Origin: Mobula hypostoma
Lineage: Eukaryota
DNA length: 64,000 nucleotides
Assembly (NCBI RefSeq): GCF_963921235.1
Contig: NC_086110.1
Location: 55,614,001 to 55,678,000, forward strand
Reading direction: 5' to 3'
The first letter of the stretch is position 1. Each line of letters opens with the position of its first letter. The position numbers were made by a program, and so were the translations under genes. Under the pieces are notes generated by a model. It had not been told where the DNA came from and searched no databases. It was given only the letters and a program-made list of their open reading frames with translations. Below are positions 37,655 through 51,480 of the stretch, in pieces.

Positions 37655-38728
37655 CCACAGAAGGCAAAGAGTGGTTGTAGCCGGGTCATATTCTGCATGG
37701 AGGCCGGCGACCAGTGGTGTGCCTCAGGGATCTGTTCTGGGACCCCTACTCTTTGTGATTTTTATAAATGACCTAGATGAGGAAGTGGAGGGATGGGTTC
37801 ATAAATTTGCTGATGACACAATGGTTGGGGGTGTTGTGGATAGTTTGGAGGGCTGTCAGAGGTTACAGCAGGACATTGATAGGATTCAAAACTGGGTTGA
37901 GAAGTGGCAGATGGAGTTCAACCCAGATAAGACTGAGGTGGTTCATTTTGGTAGGTCAAATATGATGGCAGAATATAGTATTAATGTAAGACTCTTGGCA
38001 GTGTGCAGGATCAGAGGGATCTTGGGGTCTGAGTCCATAGGACACTCAAAGCTACTGCGCAGGTTTGCTCTGTGATTAAGAAGGCATATGGTGCATTGGC
38101 CTTCATCAATTGTGGGATTGATTTTAAAAGCTGAGAGGTAATGTTGCAACTATATAGGACCCTGGTCAGACCCCACTTGGAGTACTGTGTGCAATTCTGG
38201 TCGCCTCACTAAAGGAAGGACATGGAAACCACAGAAAGTGTGCAGAGGAGATTTGCAAGGATGTTGCCTGGAATGGGGAACATACCTTATGAGAACAGGT
38301 TGAGTGAACTTGGCTTTTTCTCCTTGGAGAGACAGAGGATGAGAGGTGACCTGATAGAGGTGTATAAGATGATGAGAGGCATTGACTGTGTGGATAGTCA
38401 GAGGCTTTTTCCCAGGGCTGAAATGGCTAGCACAAGAGGGCATAGTTTTAAGGTGCTTGGAAGTAGATACAGAGGAGATGTCAGGGGTAAGTTTTCTGTT
38501 TAATGCAGAGAGTGGTGAGTGCCCCCAACCATTGTGAGTGAGTGCCCATTGGCTGCCAGCAGCGGAGGCGGATACGTTAGGGTCTTTTAAGAGACTTTTG
38601 TATAGGTACATGGAGCCCAGAAGAATAGAGGGCTATGGGTAAGCCTAGGTAATTTCTAAGGTAAGAATATGTTTGGCACAGCCTTGTGGGCCGAAGGACC
38701 TGTATGTGCTGTAGGCTTTCTATGTTTC
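37655..38728 (+). mobile_element. CR1 3' fragment (RT and C-terminus)
   Basis: SGVPQGSVLGPLLFVIFINDL...KFADDT and FSLERQRMRGDLIEVYK. Tail TTTCTATGTTTCTA. Confidence 0.92.
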
Positions 38729-39599
38729 TAAATGGTGCAAATGTGTTTCTTAAATGTTTTCCTTCTGATTGCAAGACCTTGTTGGACATTGGTAATATAA
38801 AATACTGCAATTCTGGTTATACGCCCATTGGTGAGACTAACAGAGGAAGAACTGTGTGGCCTCGGTTATTGTGTGGCATCACTTATTACAGCCACCCAGG
38901 GGAGGAGGCACCAGAGTCGGTGTGGGAGAGAACAGAGCCAAAGCAGGTGCACTGGAATCCATGCTGGGTTGGGGGCTGGCCTTTCTTGTCGGTAGTGCTC
39001 GCTCCATGGAAGACGAGCTGGATTGCCTGTGGCTGACCCAGCCCATAACAAGTTGTTTTGCCTGCGTCTGGTGAACCAGCGTGAGATGAGGAACTAACTG
39101 CTGTGTATGTGTCCTGACTCCAGAACTACATCTCATGCACCACCAATCTTCAGGCCCATGCCACTCAGGGACTTGTGCTTGACCCTGGAGGAATGCTGCT
39201 TCATTTAGTTATATAAATGTGTATGGTTGAATGACAATTAAACTTGAACTTGGAATCCAGAGGAACACACAAATGGTGGGGGAGCTCAGCAGGTCAGGCC
39301 GCATTTGTGGAGGGAAATAGACAGTCGAAGCTTTGGGTCAAGACACTTCATCTGACTTGAACAAAAGAGCGGAGATACCTAATACAAAAAGGTAGAAGGG
39401 AAGGGATGGAGCACAAATCTTAAAAGACATTTGTAGAGATACTTGGTTAGGAAAGGCTTATAGAGAAAAGAGCAGAATGCAAGCAAAATGGGGTGGCATA
39501 GACAGGCATCAGGGTCAGCAGTAACAAGGCATACAAAAGGTCCCATTTCTTTACATTCTATGAATATCTTGGGCTATAATGAATGCAACAACTTTTTAG

Positions 39600-41340
39600 A
39601 CAGTACATCATCAAGTACTATTTTGAAAACCAAATACTACATATCTGCCAGTTCTCCTCTATCTACTCTCTCTGTCGCATCCTTAAAGAACTTGAATAAA
39701 TGTATCAAATAAGATTTGCCTTTCATAGAAAAATATGTTGACTAAATTTGTTTTATTATTTACTTCTTCCTTCATTATTAGTTCTATCATCCTGTCAAAA
39801 ATAGATTTTAAACTAACTGGCCTGCAGGTCCTTGCCTCTGTCTTATAACCATATAATAATTTTTCAGTCTTTGATGACTAGCCTCTTATTTTGTAACTTT
39901 GAACAAGGAAAATATTATCTGTTTTCTATTTTTCTGGTACCCATTCAGAATTTAGCTAGTTTCATAAAAAATCAATGGGTACACTCTCTCTTCACCCACC
40001 TCTTTCAAAAACCTTGAGTGTAGGTCATTGGGTGCCTGTGATTTGCCTACTTTTAGCTCAGTGAGTTTCTCTAATACTTTATCCCTTGTGATTGGAATTA
40101 TTACAGGTTTATCCATGTTGTCTCAAGAACATTTGCAGTCTCCTCCACAATGAACACTAATACAAATTTTTCATCTAATATATCTGCCTTGTTTTCATTT
40201 GCTGTTATAGAATCACCAGATTTATTCTCTGTTCCACATTTACCTTCATATTTGTCAATGTTTTTGACATTGTCTACCAGTTTTCTCTCAAAATCAATTT
40301 CCTCCCTTCTTTGCAACACACACAAAATGCTGGAGGAACTCAGCAGGCCAGGAAGCATCTATGGAAAAAGGTGCAGTTGACATTTCGAGCCGAGATCCTT
40401 CAGCCGGACAGGGTCCTGCCCTCCCTTCTTTAAAGGTTTTCAATCTTTTACTGGTGCATCCAATAAACCTCCCAATCCATTGACCTACCAACAGCCCCTG
40501 CAATTCTGTATGCCTTTCTTTTCATGTTAACATTATCCTTGACCTCCGTTGTTAATCACAGATTATGCTTCTTACTCATGGAAACCCTTTTTCCAACTGG
40601 GAGAAAATTCTGCTGAGCATTATGGACCAGGTGCTTGTATATCTGCCATTGACTCTTAGCATTCCACCCCACCTGAACATTTCCTGCTTCATGCTATTAT
40701 AATTGCCTTTATTTAAGCTGAAGACATTGATCCTGTGGCATGCATTCTCAAATTGCACATGGAATTCTATTATATTGTGGTCACTTCCCCTTTTAATCTC
40801 AAGATCTTCTTGTAATACTTCCTCGTTACACAAGACCAAATCTAAAATAACCTGTTTCCAGGTAGGTCCTATAACAAACCTCTCTAAGAAGCAGTCCATG
40901 ATGGACTCCACAAATTCTTCTGCCAGTTTTGAATATCCAATTGATATATATGCAGATTAAAATCTCCCATGACAAACGCAGTTTCCTCCAATTGATGTTT
41001 CCCCATTTATATTAAGCCTATTTGGGGGTCCATCGACTACTCCAACTTGTCTTCTTTCACTTGTTATGATTTCATTTCAAATTGTTTCTAAACCATTATC
41101 CACTGCCTCTATATCACCACTCAATACCACTTGGGCACCTTCCTTGATTAACAAATCTACCCCACCACCATTCCCATTTGGGCAGTTCTTTTGGGACTTC
41201 ATATGACCTGGCATACTGAGCTCTCAGTCCTGCAACTATGTGACCAGGTTCTAATAGATGATATTAATAAGTTATCTGTGATATCAACTCACCTATCTTA
41301 TTGTAAATTTTGCAAGCATTCAAGTTGTAACTGTTAAATT
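39600..41340 (-). mobile_element. Old CR1 endonuclease/linker fragment with a Penelope terminus inserted at ~40310-40415
   Basis: PTWKQVILDLVLCNE...GSDHNIIEF (40576-40911). Insert GCAACACACACAAAATGCTGGAGGAACTCAGC. Confidence 0.7.
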
Positions 41341-41839
41341 GAGTCTTTTCAATTTTTACTAATTTATTTGAGAATTGCTATAGGACCTTTTCGATCCACC
41401 TGAGAAGTTAGATGAGACCCCAATTTTATTCAATACTCTGCCTCCATCTACTCTTTGAGATGGATACAAAAGGTCCCATTTAGTCCCAGACTGAATTTCT
41501 GGCCTTTTATCCTTTCCCTCATAAAGACAATACATGTATACCTTGTATAAAATTAATCACCATCTCCACTGTTTCAAGCCATCTGTCACCAAACATGCAT
41601 GGGTCACTACCAGAACAAATGATTTGAATGTCCCGAAGACAGGATTCCCATCTGCTGTTATCCATTAACATCTCAGTGTTACTCATGCATAAAGCCTTCA
41701 TTTCTGACCCATATTAGCTCCCAGATCCCAAAGACTCAGACAGCAAATGCATCATGTGGGAGTGGGCACAGAACTATGTGGATTCACAGTTCAAGGTTCA
41801 ATATTTTATTATGACTAAATGGCCTAAGAATGAAAAAGT

Positions 41840-42200
41840 AATTTACATTTATATAGCATGTTTCATCTTTTTAGATTACCTTGAACATAATATGGTTAAC
41901 TATTTTTAATATAAACATTACGTGGTGTAACCAGGTAATGATTATTCCAACAGAAATATAGCACTCCTTCATTGTGTTTTTAGTTGGTAGCAATCACATT
42001 TGAAATCATCTTTCATTTCAAAACTTCCAACACAGATCTAGATTACCCTCTCATCACTGAGATCTTTTATCCACACAACAGAACCATGATTTAGTATTTC
42101 ATTTGGAAAATTTATACATTTAGTATATACCACCTTACAAACTCATTATTAAACATCTAGAATCAGTTTTGAAACTGTGCATTTATGATTCAGAAATGAA
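41840..42200 (-). mobile_element. Highly diverged Deu-domain SINE relic
   Basis: TTTACATTTATATAGCATGTTTCA...GAGATCTTTTATCCACAC...TTTAGTATTTCATTTGGAA is collinear with the 2385-2722 relic. Confidence 0.4.
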
Positions 42201-42837
42201 AATACCACTTCATCTTCTGTATGATGATTAGCTCTACAACATTTAAATTCTATATTCAGATTTGAAAAAAACCAGCCGAAAGATATGGGAGAGTCCTATT
42301 GAGGTTCAAACAACCTCCAACAAATTACATACTTGAGAAGTGGTCTACAATGTGGTTCATTACCCGTTGTATTTGTCTGATGGCCCACACGGGAATGAAT
42401 TAGGTTTTTCTGTGGTTGAGGAAGTAGTTGCTTCTCTCATAAACTGTCTTGCATTGGTTGATGGATGCCCATATTCCCCATGGAAAATTTGAAATTGGCA
42501 CCTTTTCATCAGGTTGGTAATGCACTGTTTGTTAGCGATGCTGTTCCTGTCCCAATACTCTTTACATCACACAATTGTGGCGGGACAATTCTGGATACAT
42601 TTACCCTGCAGATTTAGGTTGCACTTCAGTCACTTGTTAAAGGATTTTGTTGTCTTTATGAGTACCATTACATGGCAAATACTTTTCCTTTCTACCACAG
42701 TGGCAAATATAATTGTCTTTTGTTTGCATAGCAACATAAGAGACTAACATTATTACCAGTAAAATTTTAAAAATTCATTTCTAAATCTTGATTTCTTTTA
42801 TTTCATCTTGATTAAATGCATCATGTTTGTGGCATTT

Positions 42838-43560
42838 CCATAGGACCATAAGACATTGGAGCAGAATTAAGCCATTGGGTCCATCGAGTCTGTTCTGCCA
42901 TTCAATCTCAACCCTATCCCTTTCAATCCCATCCCCTGCCTTCTTCTTGTAACCTTTGACACCCTCACTAATCAAGAGTGTGTCAAACTCCGCTTTAAAT
43001 ATACCCAGTACCTTGGCCTCCACATTCATCTGTGGCAATGAATTGCACAGATTCACCACTCGCTGGTTAAAGAAATTCCTCCTTATCTCTGTTCTTAAGG
43101 AGCTCCTTCTATTCTGCGATTGTGCCCCCTGGTCCTACACTCACCCACTGTAGGAAATATCTTCTCCGCATCAACTCTATCTGGATATTTCAATATTCAA
43201 TAGGTTTCAATGAGATTCCCCTCGTTCTTCTAAACTCCGGTGAGTACACGCCCAGAGCCATCAAATGCTCCTTATCTGTTAACCCTTTAGTTCCCAGTAT
43301 CATTCTTGTGAACCTCTTCTGGACCCTCTGCATTGCTGGCACACTTTATCTTCGAAAAGGGGCCCAGAATTGCTCACAAGTGTAGTCTGACCAATGCCTT
43401 ATAAAGATTCAGCATGACATCCTTGCTTTTATATTCTCATCCTCCCAAAATGAATGCTAACGTTGCATTAGTCTTACTTACCACTGACTCAGCCTGAAAG
43501 TTAACCTTCAGGGAACCATGCACAGGGATTCCCAAGTCCCTTGGATCTCTGATTTCTGAA
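42838..43560 (-). mobile_element. CR1 3' fragment
   Basis: Tail CCATAGGACCATAAGACAT and VNLCNSLPQMNVEAKVLGIFKAEFD C-terminus. Confidence 0.88.
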
Positions 43561-43969
43561 TTTGCTTCATATAACGTTAAGGCATATTTTCTGTATTTCT
43601 GTATGTGTCTATTGTATTTCTTTCAAAGTGCTATTTACATATCATATCAAAACATTTAAATGCTGGACCCTTGCTCTCAGTAATGACTTCAAGTATGTGT
43701 TTGCTTAAAGATACTTGCCATGCTTCTGTTTTATTTGGCACCATGTGTGTCTCTGGAGACAATAACAAGCTGTTGTTTGACTCTGCCAATAACAAATGAC
43801 TGAAGTATGAATCCTTATCTTCTGGGCATTTAACGTATTTACCTTTCATTTTAAAGACACAATTCGGAGTGAAAAGTAGACTCATCTACTCAAGAAAATA
43901 GCAGACTTTTATGAATAACATTAACATGCATTTCTTATAACGTGCTTCATGAATACTCACGAAACATGT

Positions 43970-44475
43970 AAAATAGCGCTGCAGCAGGGCCCAGGGCCTG
44001 TCAGCAGCACCACACGGTGTTTGGACGATTTAAACGCTGGCCCAGATAGACTGAAAAGGCAGGGTGTCAGAACCGGAGCCGAGGTTCGGGTTGATTCTGC
44101 TCGCTCTTCCGCGATGTTTACTACTCTCTCCACAGCACTGAGACTGTGAGACTGCTCCAGCTGATCTTCTTTGTGTCTGCGAGCTTCACGGCAATTTGCC
44201 TGCTTTAACGAACTGAGACCGAAGCTCTGGGCCTTCTCCATCTGCTCCAGGCTCCTGGTCTATGGATTCAATTTGGTTCAGAATGCTGTTGCTTGCTCTT
44301 ATTGTTTGCATGATCTGTGTTGTTATTTCTCTCCTTCTCTTGACCATTTTTTAAATTGGGTTCTTTCTGGTTTCCTGTTTTGTAGCTGCCGGTAAGCAGA
44401 TGAATCTTAAGGTTGTATAATTTATACATACTTTGATAATAAATGTACTTTACATTTGACTTTGAATTTGAACTT
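43970..44475 (+). mobile_element. Non-autonomous element (GC-rich head, TTTGA-repeat tail)
   Basis: Homologous to 19710-20422. Tail GATGAATCTTAAGGTTGTATAATTTATACATACTTTGATAATAAATG...(TTTGA)n. Confidence 0.7.
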
Positions 44476-45444
44476 GCACTGTTATATCTGCTCCTACACC
44501 ATGACCTGAAGTTGATCATTTTATAAGTGAAAGTCCTTTCTATAAACTGTTTCAAAAGCACTGAATGACCATCAAGCCAATTGGACATAATAGTTTTCTT
44601 CACCTCTCACCACAGCACCAGAGTGAGATTTACTCCAGCAGGCTTGGTCAAGATATTTGATCCAATTTGTCTACTGGCAATTTCTGCAACTGGGGAATAA
44701 ATGGGCTTTTGCAATTACTTAATGGTTAAGTACACTATATCATTAAACAGAAGTTTGTGCATAGTGTACAGATCCACATTATATGAAAGATGCAATTACA
44801 CTGGAGCAGATGCAGAGGGTATTGACTAAGATTTGGCCAGCACAGGAAAATTGTAAGAATGAGGGAAAATTTGATAAGCTGGCATTGTCATGTTTGGAAC
44901 AAGAGGATTGAAAGTGGACTTAATTGGAGCATATAAAATTATTACAGCAAAGTGTAAATAGGAAGAATTTATTTCTTTTAGCTGAGAGGTCATAGCCAAG
45001 GGGCTTAGATTTAAAATAATTGCAGAAGGATAAGAGAGATGGTTATTTCACCAAGAGGATGGAAGGGATCTGGAAATCGAGGTCTGAAAGTGAGGCAGAG
45101 CCACATTTATAAAGAATTTGAATGTTCACTTGAAGACCTGCAGGATTATACATCAAGAAATGGAAAATGGAAGTAGACCAGTCAGTTCTTTTTTTTAACA
45201 GCACACACATGCTGAATGGCTTTCATAAGTGTCACAAGCTTTCTATGATTCTATTGCAATGTTCTCAAGGCTAGCCTTCCCTATTTACAATTTGTAAACT
45301 CAAGGACATTCAGAACTCCACTACAATATCTCAGCATGTCAAATCCAGTTCAGCACCCACCATTTTAGTCTTGCAGATTTAAGCTGCCTGCCAATCAGAC
45401 AACGGGTATGCTTTATAAATTTTTGTTCCTAATTTTGTTAATAA

Positions 45445-45720
45445 TCACGGTCGTGTAGCTGTTTGTGTGACGCTATTACAACTTGGAGCGTCCGAGTTCA
45501 GAGTTTAGTCCCGGCATTCTGTATAAGGAGGATCTGTATGTCCTCCCCATGGAATGCATGTTTTGTCTCTGGATCCTCCGGATTCTTCCCACAGTCCAGA
45601 GGTGTATCAGGTGGATTAATTGGTCACTGTAAACCGTCCCGTGATTGGGTTAGGGTTAGATCAGGGTTGCCAGCGATTGCTGGGCAGTTAAGCTCAAAGG
45701 GCTGTAAATAAAATACATAA
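45445..45720 (+). mobile_element. HE1/V-SINE type SINE
   Basis: CTCCGGATTCTTCCCACAGTCC V-domain. Same layout as 501-792. Confidence 0.75.
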
Positions 45721-46589
45721 AATCCCCAATCCTTCAATGCTCCTGAACGTCTATTCCATTTCTTGTCCTTTGATCACACCCAGTACTGATCATATCTTGC
45801 TCAAGCCCCAAGCCATGTGATAATCTAACTGAATATCTCAGCCCTTTGTTTTTTTCTTTTGCATTCCTTAAAACCTCTCTCTGCCAATTGGCTCTCAGTC
45901 ATCTTCCCTAACATCGGTGCAAGCTAGATAATAAATTATATTCAGAAATACTTCTGTGAAATTCCTTGTAATTATACAGCACATTTAATAAAGTGAAGGC
46001 TCCAAATTCTTACCAATGAACTTCTTATGCAATTCCTAATGATAACGTGCTTTCACTCTAATTTTATGGTTTCTGAGGTGATTGCGGAAGCCTGTGTCAG
46101 ACCGGTGGAATCCTGCCCACTTGAGATAGTGAATGCCTAATAGTATGAGTGACTATGTGGTTAGTGAGGCACAGGGACTTTTTTTGCATTCCTGAAGCAC
46201 AGATTCGAAGCCTCAGCACCATGCTGCTGCTCCAGTTTGACTAGTCAGGGGCCAGGGCAGGGGTTCCCAAGAGTCAGTGGGGAATTTGCATTTGACTCTT
46301 CCTACCCTCATCCCCACCAAAGTCAGTACCTGCAAAAAGAGAAACAAAAAGCTATTGGCCTAAAATGTTACCTCTTCATTTTCCCACAGATTGCGCCTAA
46401 CCTGCTGTGTTTACAGCACTTGAAATTTTTTATTTGTGAATCTAAACTGAACTTAGATTTCCATCATGAGCGTACTTTGCTGGAATCATCAGCTTGCTCA
46501 TGACAAGTCAGCAATAGGTTATTTTAACTCCCTCAGAGACAGTCCAATCCACTCACTTGTGGGAATGTAGCAATTGTCTCTTATATATT

Positions 46590-46865
46590 TTATTTTGTTA
46601 TTGAGACACAGCATGGAATAGGCTCTTCCGGCTCTTCCACCCAGCAACATCTGATTCAACACGAGCCTAATCACTGGGCGATTTACAATGACCAATTAAC
46701 CTACCGACCAGTAGATCATTAGACTGTGGGAGGAAACCAGAACACTCGGAAGAAATCCACGTGGTCACAGGGAGAACGTACAAACTCCTTACAGGCGGCG
46801 GTGGGAATTGAACCTGGGTCACTATCACTATAGAGCGTTGAGCTGACCACTACACTACCATGGCA
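46590..46865 (-). mobile_element. HE1/V-SINE type SINE
   Basis: Antisense GACTGTGGGAGGAAACCAGAACAC...GGGAGAACGTACAAACTCCTTACAG...GGGAATTGAACC. Confidence 0.85.
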
Positions 46866-48196
46866 GCCTATCTAACAAATAGGCCTGTGATTACCTGTCA
46901 TGTCTTTACACCCCTTTTTGAATCGGTTTATTACTGTCACACGTACTATGATAGTGAAAAGCTTGTCATGCATACTGTTCACACAGTGCATTGAGGTAGA
47001 CAAAGTAACATAATACTGCAAAATAAAGAGTAACAGCTGCAGAGAAAGTGCAGCACAGGTAAACAAGTTCATAATGACATAGAGGTCAAGAGCCTATTTG
47101 ATTATACTAGGGTACCACATAATGGTTTATAACAGTGGGGCAGGAGCCATCCTTGAGCCTAGTGGTATATGCTTCAAGCTTTTGTACATTTGCCATTTCA
47201 ATTATATGCAGGGAAGATCAGATGATTATAAAAACCTCCACTACTATCTCCACTCCTACCTGCTCAACTATCTGCAGTTTAAGTGCAGGCAGGTTTTTCC
47301 TCAGTTCCACTCATCAGTTTTCACCTATTCATGAAGTCTACTCCCCCTTTTTCCACAGATTTTGCCAGTATTCCCTTCCTTATTAGATTGGTGCAATGCA
47401 CTTTTTATTTCTAGTCCTACTTCTGTATCTCTACAGCAATCTTTTTCTTTATCCTCAGTAGACCCTACCCCTTTTCTATAGACCTATAAATAGTAGAATG
47501 TGTTGAAGGATTCTTTTTGTTTTATAATAACTCACTCTCTTCTCACTCTTTGCAGTTGCTTTTCACTCTCAATTTCCACTGCTTTACTCACCTTCATTCT
47601 CACTTGTGCCGTGCATCATCAGCAGTTTTCACATTCCTTGTCATATTCTCTTTTTCCTGTTAACCTGTGACCCCTCGCTTTGCTTTCTATGCCTTTCTCC
47701 TTGAATGCAGACTTGGCACTTTCCCACAAAGCTATTGAGAAAACTGCAGTCTGCTGCATCTGCTGTCTCAGCAGCCAGTAGCTCTGCAATGGTCCTGATG
47801 CTCTTGCGGCATTCAGCTTGACAGGCGGGGTGGATCAGTACAGGCACAGAGCTAAACCTGTGTCTGCAGAAGGCAAAAGATCTTGGTGACCTGCCATTTT
47901 GAAATTAAGTCTTTGTATGCATCAGACCCTGGATATAGTAGAGAAGGGGGTGTAGTGCTTCTGAAAGACTGTTGAAGAGGTGGGAAGGCAGGGGAAATGA
48001 GAAGGAATTCCCTGTATTTGTAGCCCCTCCCTTTTTCATTGAGGCCCTACAGGGCCAATATTGAAGCTTCCTGGTAGCTTTTAACACAAATCAAAAACAA
48101 TCTGCTACAAGATTAAATTGCCCATCCCTTGAATGTAAACACACTTTTTTTCAACTACTTTAATTCATTTTGCCAAATACCAATTTAAAAATTTAA

Positions 48197-48640
48197 CTCA
48201 TCATCATCATCATCATCATCAGGTGCCGTGCCCAGTTTGAGCTTTGACTGCCATGGTCCACACACTCCTGCTTCGGGTCAAGTGGACCAACCCATTGGCA
48301 CCCACCTCCAACTCTCTGGCTGCTGTCTCCACCACCGTCCATCCCCGTCCTCCTCCCCTCAATCCCCCCTACAATTACCATGCACGCCAACTCCTCCTTC
48401 CCAATCACACGTCCAACGAAGTCACGTTGCCTTTCCACGATCTCATACATTCTCTCTCTTTTTGTGCCTGCTCTGTTCACCACATCCTCGCTAGATATTT
48501 GCTTCGTCCATGATACCCTCCGCATCCTCCTCAAAAACCACATTTCTGGTGCTACAATTCGTTTCCTCATGTTACTAAATATTGTCCAACATTCTGAGCC
48601 ATACAACACAAATATACAAACATAACATTTCAACTAACAA
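48197..48640 (-). mobile_element. RTE-clade LINE 3' fragment
   Basis: VLYGSECWT...EMWFLRRMRRVSWT...GGIEGRR (RTE C-terminus). (GAT)n tail at about 48199-48220. Confidence 0.88.
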
Positions 48641-48869
48641 ATGTATTTCCAACAAATAGTGCTTTAGATTGTATTCCAGTCACAGTTTTCCGTTCTCATT
48701 GTGTGAGCAAATTCCTTTGTAAACATGGAGGTTTCCCTTTGCGTATTCATACCAAGCAACAAATCGAAAGAAAAGCTGCCACCCTACTGGACCAGAAAGA
48801 GGTTTCCATTCCGTAAAGGAGGTAATCCAAAGGGATTTGCCCTAACTAATGCCATTTATTAACTCACCT

Positions 48870-49035
48870 TTTCCGTACCACCTGCTCTCTACTGTGCATC
48901 TATAGAATGATACAAGTGTAGATGTGCATAGTCCAGTTCTCTTCAACCTCCTCAGAAAGCAGAGGCATTGGTGAACTTTTCTGATTGTACATAATGTGTT
49001 CTGGAGCCATGAGAGGTTGTGTGGGATGTGCATCA
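48870..49035 (-). mobile_element. Rex-Babar fragment
   Basis: HIPHNLSW...KVHQCLCFLRRLKRTGL...FYRCTVES. Confidence 0.75.
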
Positions 49036-50823
49036 AGATAATTGAACCTGCCTTCCTCTAGTAAGGATCAAAATACAAAACTATAGATTGGGCATTTGAT
49101 TGAAAAATCTCAGCGTAAAGAGAGTTGTCTACTACGGTTCCGGTTTGATGCAAGCTGCACAATGCTTGAATAAAACATAAAAACTAACAGACTATTTGGG
49201 AGAAATGACCTATTGCTTTGCCGCAAATGTTGCTATTTTTCCCCTAACTACATAAATGGTTAATTCAGGTAAACTAGTAGAGGATCACGCTTAAGTTCCT
49301 TACAGGCAATCAAATGGGCAGGAAATGGTCAAAATTAATGTTTACAATGCTTATTCAAAGTTGACCTCTCTATAAAGAAGAGATTCTGATAAATAATAGG
49401 CTAATTTTTGTAAGAGCGCTTCACCTAGCCTAAATCCTACTCAAGTGAGAAAAACAATAACCTTTAATGCTCTATAAACTCGATGAAATATGGTACAAAA
49501 ATTCTGAATCACATGTTTTTGTTCAAATCAAATTTCATATGCAATCAATATTGTTCTAAGTCAAAGCCAACAACTGTCAAATAAAGTTGCCAGGACAGCA
49601 TTTTAAGGCTATGCTGCTGACTATTTTATAAGTGTTGACAACATACAACTCCACAACCAAAGACAAACTTCAGCTGGTTATAATAGAACAAAACTTATGA
49701 CCTTTAAAGAAAGATCTGTTTCATACTTACACTTCAAAGCATACATATTATGTAATAACAAATCTGTGTTCTGTAATAAATCAGAAATAAATGTCAGACC
49801 TCACAACCAAATGTAACCAAAATGTTAAATATTTATAAGCTTCAATTCATGAACTCTAAAGTGAACCCTGACTAATGTCCCTGCAAAACCTGTGTATAAA
49901 ATCATGGGTGAAATACAGTAGCTTCAGTGCATTCAACCTGTCCTTTACACAGGCTTGTGGAATCAAGACAGAAAGCATAGGCTGAAGGTGAATAAAGAAA
50001 GATTTAATAGTTTCCCCTCAGATCACTTTTTTTGTTTGTTGGGCGATAGGTATATGGAATGAACTGAAGATCTGGTTAAGGAGTTTTCAGTAACAGCTTT
50101 TAAAAGACAGCTGGGCGGGTACATAAACAGGAAGGATTTAGAAGAACATGGGCCAAACACAAGCAAATGAAACTAATCTGGAATAGCCATCTTGGTCAGT
50201 GTGCACCAGCCGAGCCAAAGAGCCTCTTTCCATGCCATATAACTATAACATTAAGGCTGAATCAGCTAGGTTCTTTTGAAGAATACTATGGTTGGGTTGA
50301 TTGCCTTGGAATTAAATATAGCATTGATTGTTATGAATAAGTAAACAAGAGTAATTTGAAACACAGGCTAAGGGTATATTTAAAATTCATTCTCCCCACT
50401 TATTTGCAGTCAATTCAAAAATCAGCATCCACTCAGCAAAATTCAAGGATGGCATCCTTCCAGAACCAGAAACTGCAATGCGATGTGCAATAGCAAACAG
50501 TACCTATGGTTGTTGAAAAATTGTTTATTATATCACTACTGCTCATACACAAGTTGATGAAAACTTTCTTAAAACACTGCAAACAAAATTATGAAGGGAG
50601 CAAATTCCTTGAAAATGACCGCTGAATCAAGACCTTTGCAACGAGTTGACTAATTGCTTAAAATTATGAATTCCAATTCACCATCTGCTTCACACTGGAT
50701 CCTAGCCATGATCATATTGTTTCATCTGCAAGAGCACGAATGATTATATAGTTTTGCAGATTTGCTGAGTATCTAGAGACTTTTTGTGAACACTGCCGCA
50801 ATATTTCAATCTTTTGGTAAACC

Positions 50824-51480
50824 CAGACATCACACCTCTCCCGGAAGTTCTGGGAGTCTTCTGCATATTGATGGCAACTCACTGACACCCGCAAATTATA
50901 TACAATATCCCGGAAATCTATTTTTTTTTGAGAGGGCGAGGGAGAGGAAGAGGAAGAGTGAGAGCAAGAGGGAGCATTCAGATTGGTCTCTCTTCGTGCT
51001 AAGTAGACCTATCAATTTTCTCTGTGGGCGGGCTTTACAGTTGACCTTAAAAATAAAGACAGTGTTGCTCGCTGCACTGTTTGCAACAGTGACTTTTGTC
51101 CTGCCCGTGGTGGGTTAAAATGTAAAAGACATGTTGAGGTGAGTTTAACAGGTGTCATTCATTCATTAGCACAGCTAACATTATTTAAACTAGCTGGCTG
51201 GCTGCTGAGGAGCTACTCTATTGATGTCCTACATGATGAGGCCAAACTCCCTGTAGACTTGCTTAAAGTTGTAGTAGAATAAAAAAAATGACTCCATGAT
51301 CATATAAGTACATATTTTAATGTCACATTTTCTGTATATACCAAACTTGGTTTACAGATTAGACAAAAATCACTAAACAAAGTATTACATACACCCTTGG
51401 AGGTTGACTGGGGTGGGGTGGGGTGGGGGGGGCAGGGGTGCTACCTCCCTGAAATGAGCTTTTGCAGGGTGGGATGTCTG
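50824..51480. mobile_element. Non-autonomous DNA transposon (probably hAT)
   Basis: TIRs CAGACATCACACC / GGTGGGATGTCTG. Flanking direct repeat GTAAACC (50817-50823, 51481-51487). Confidence 0.85.
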
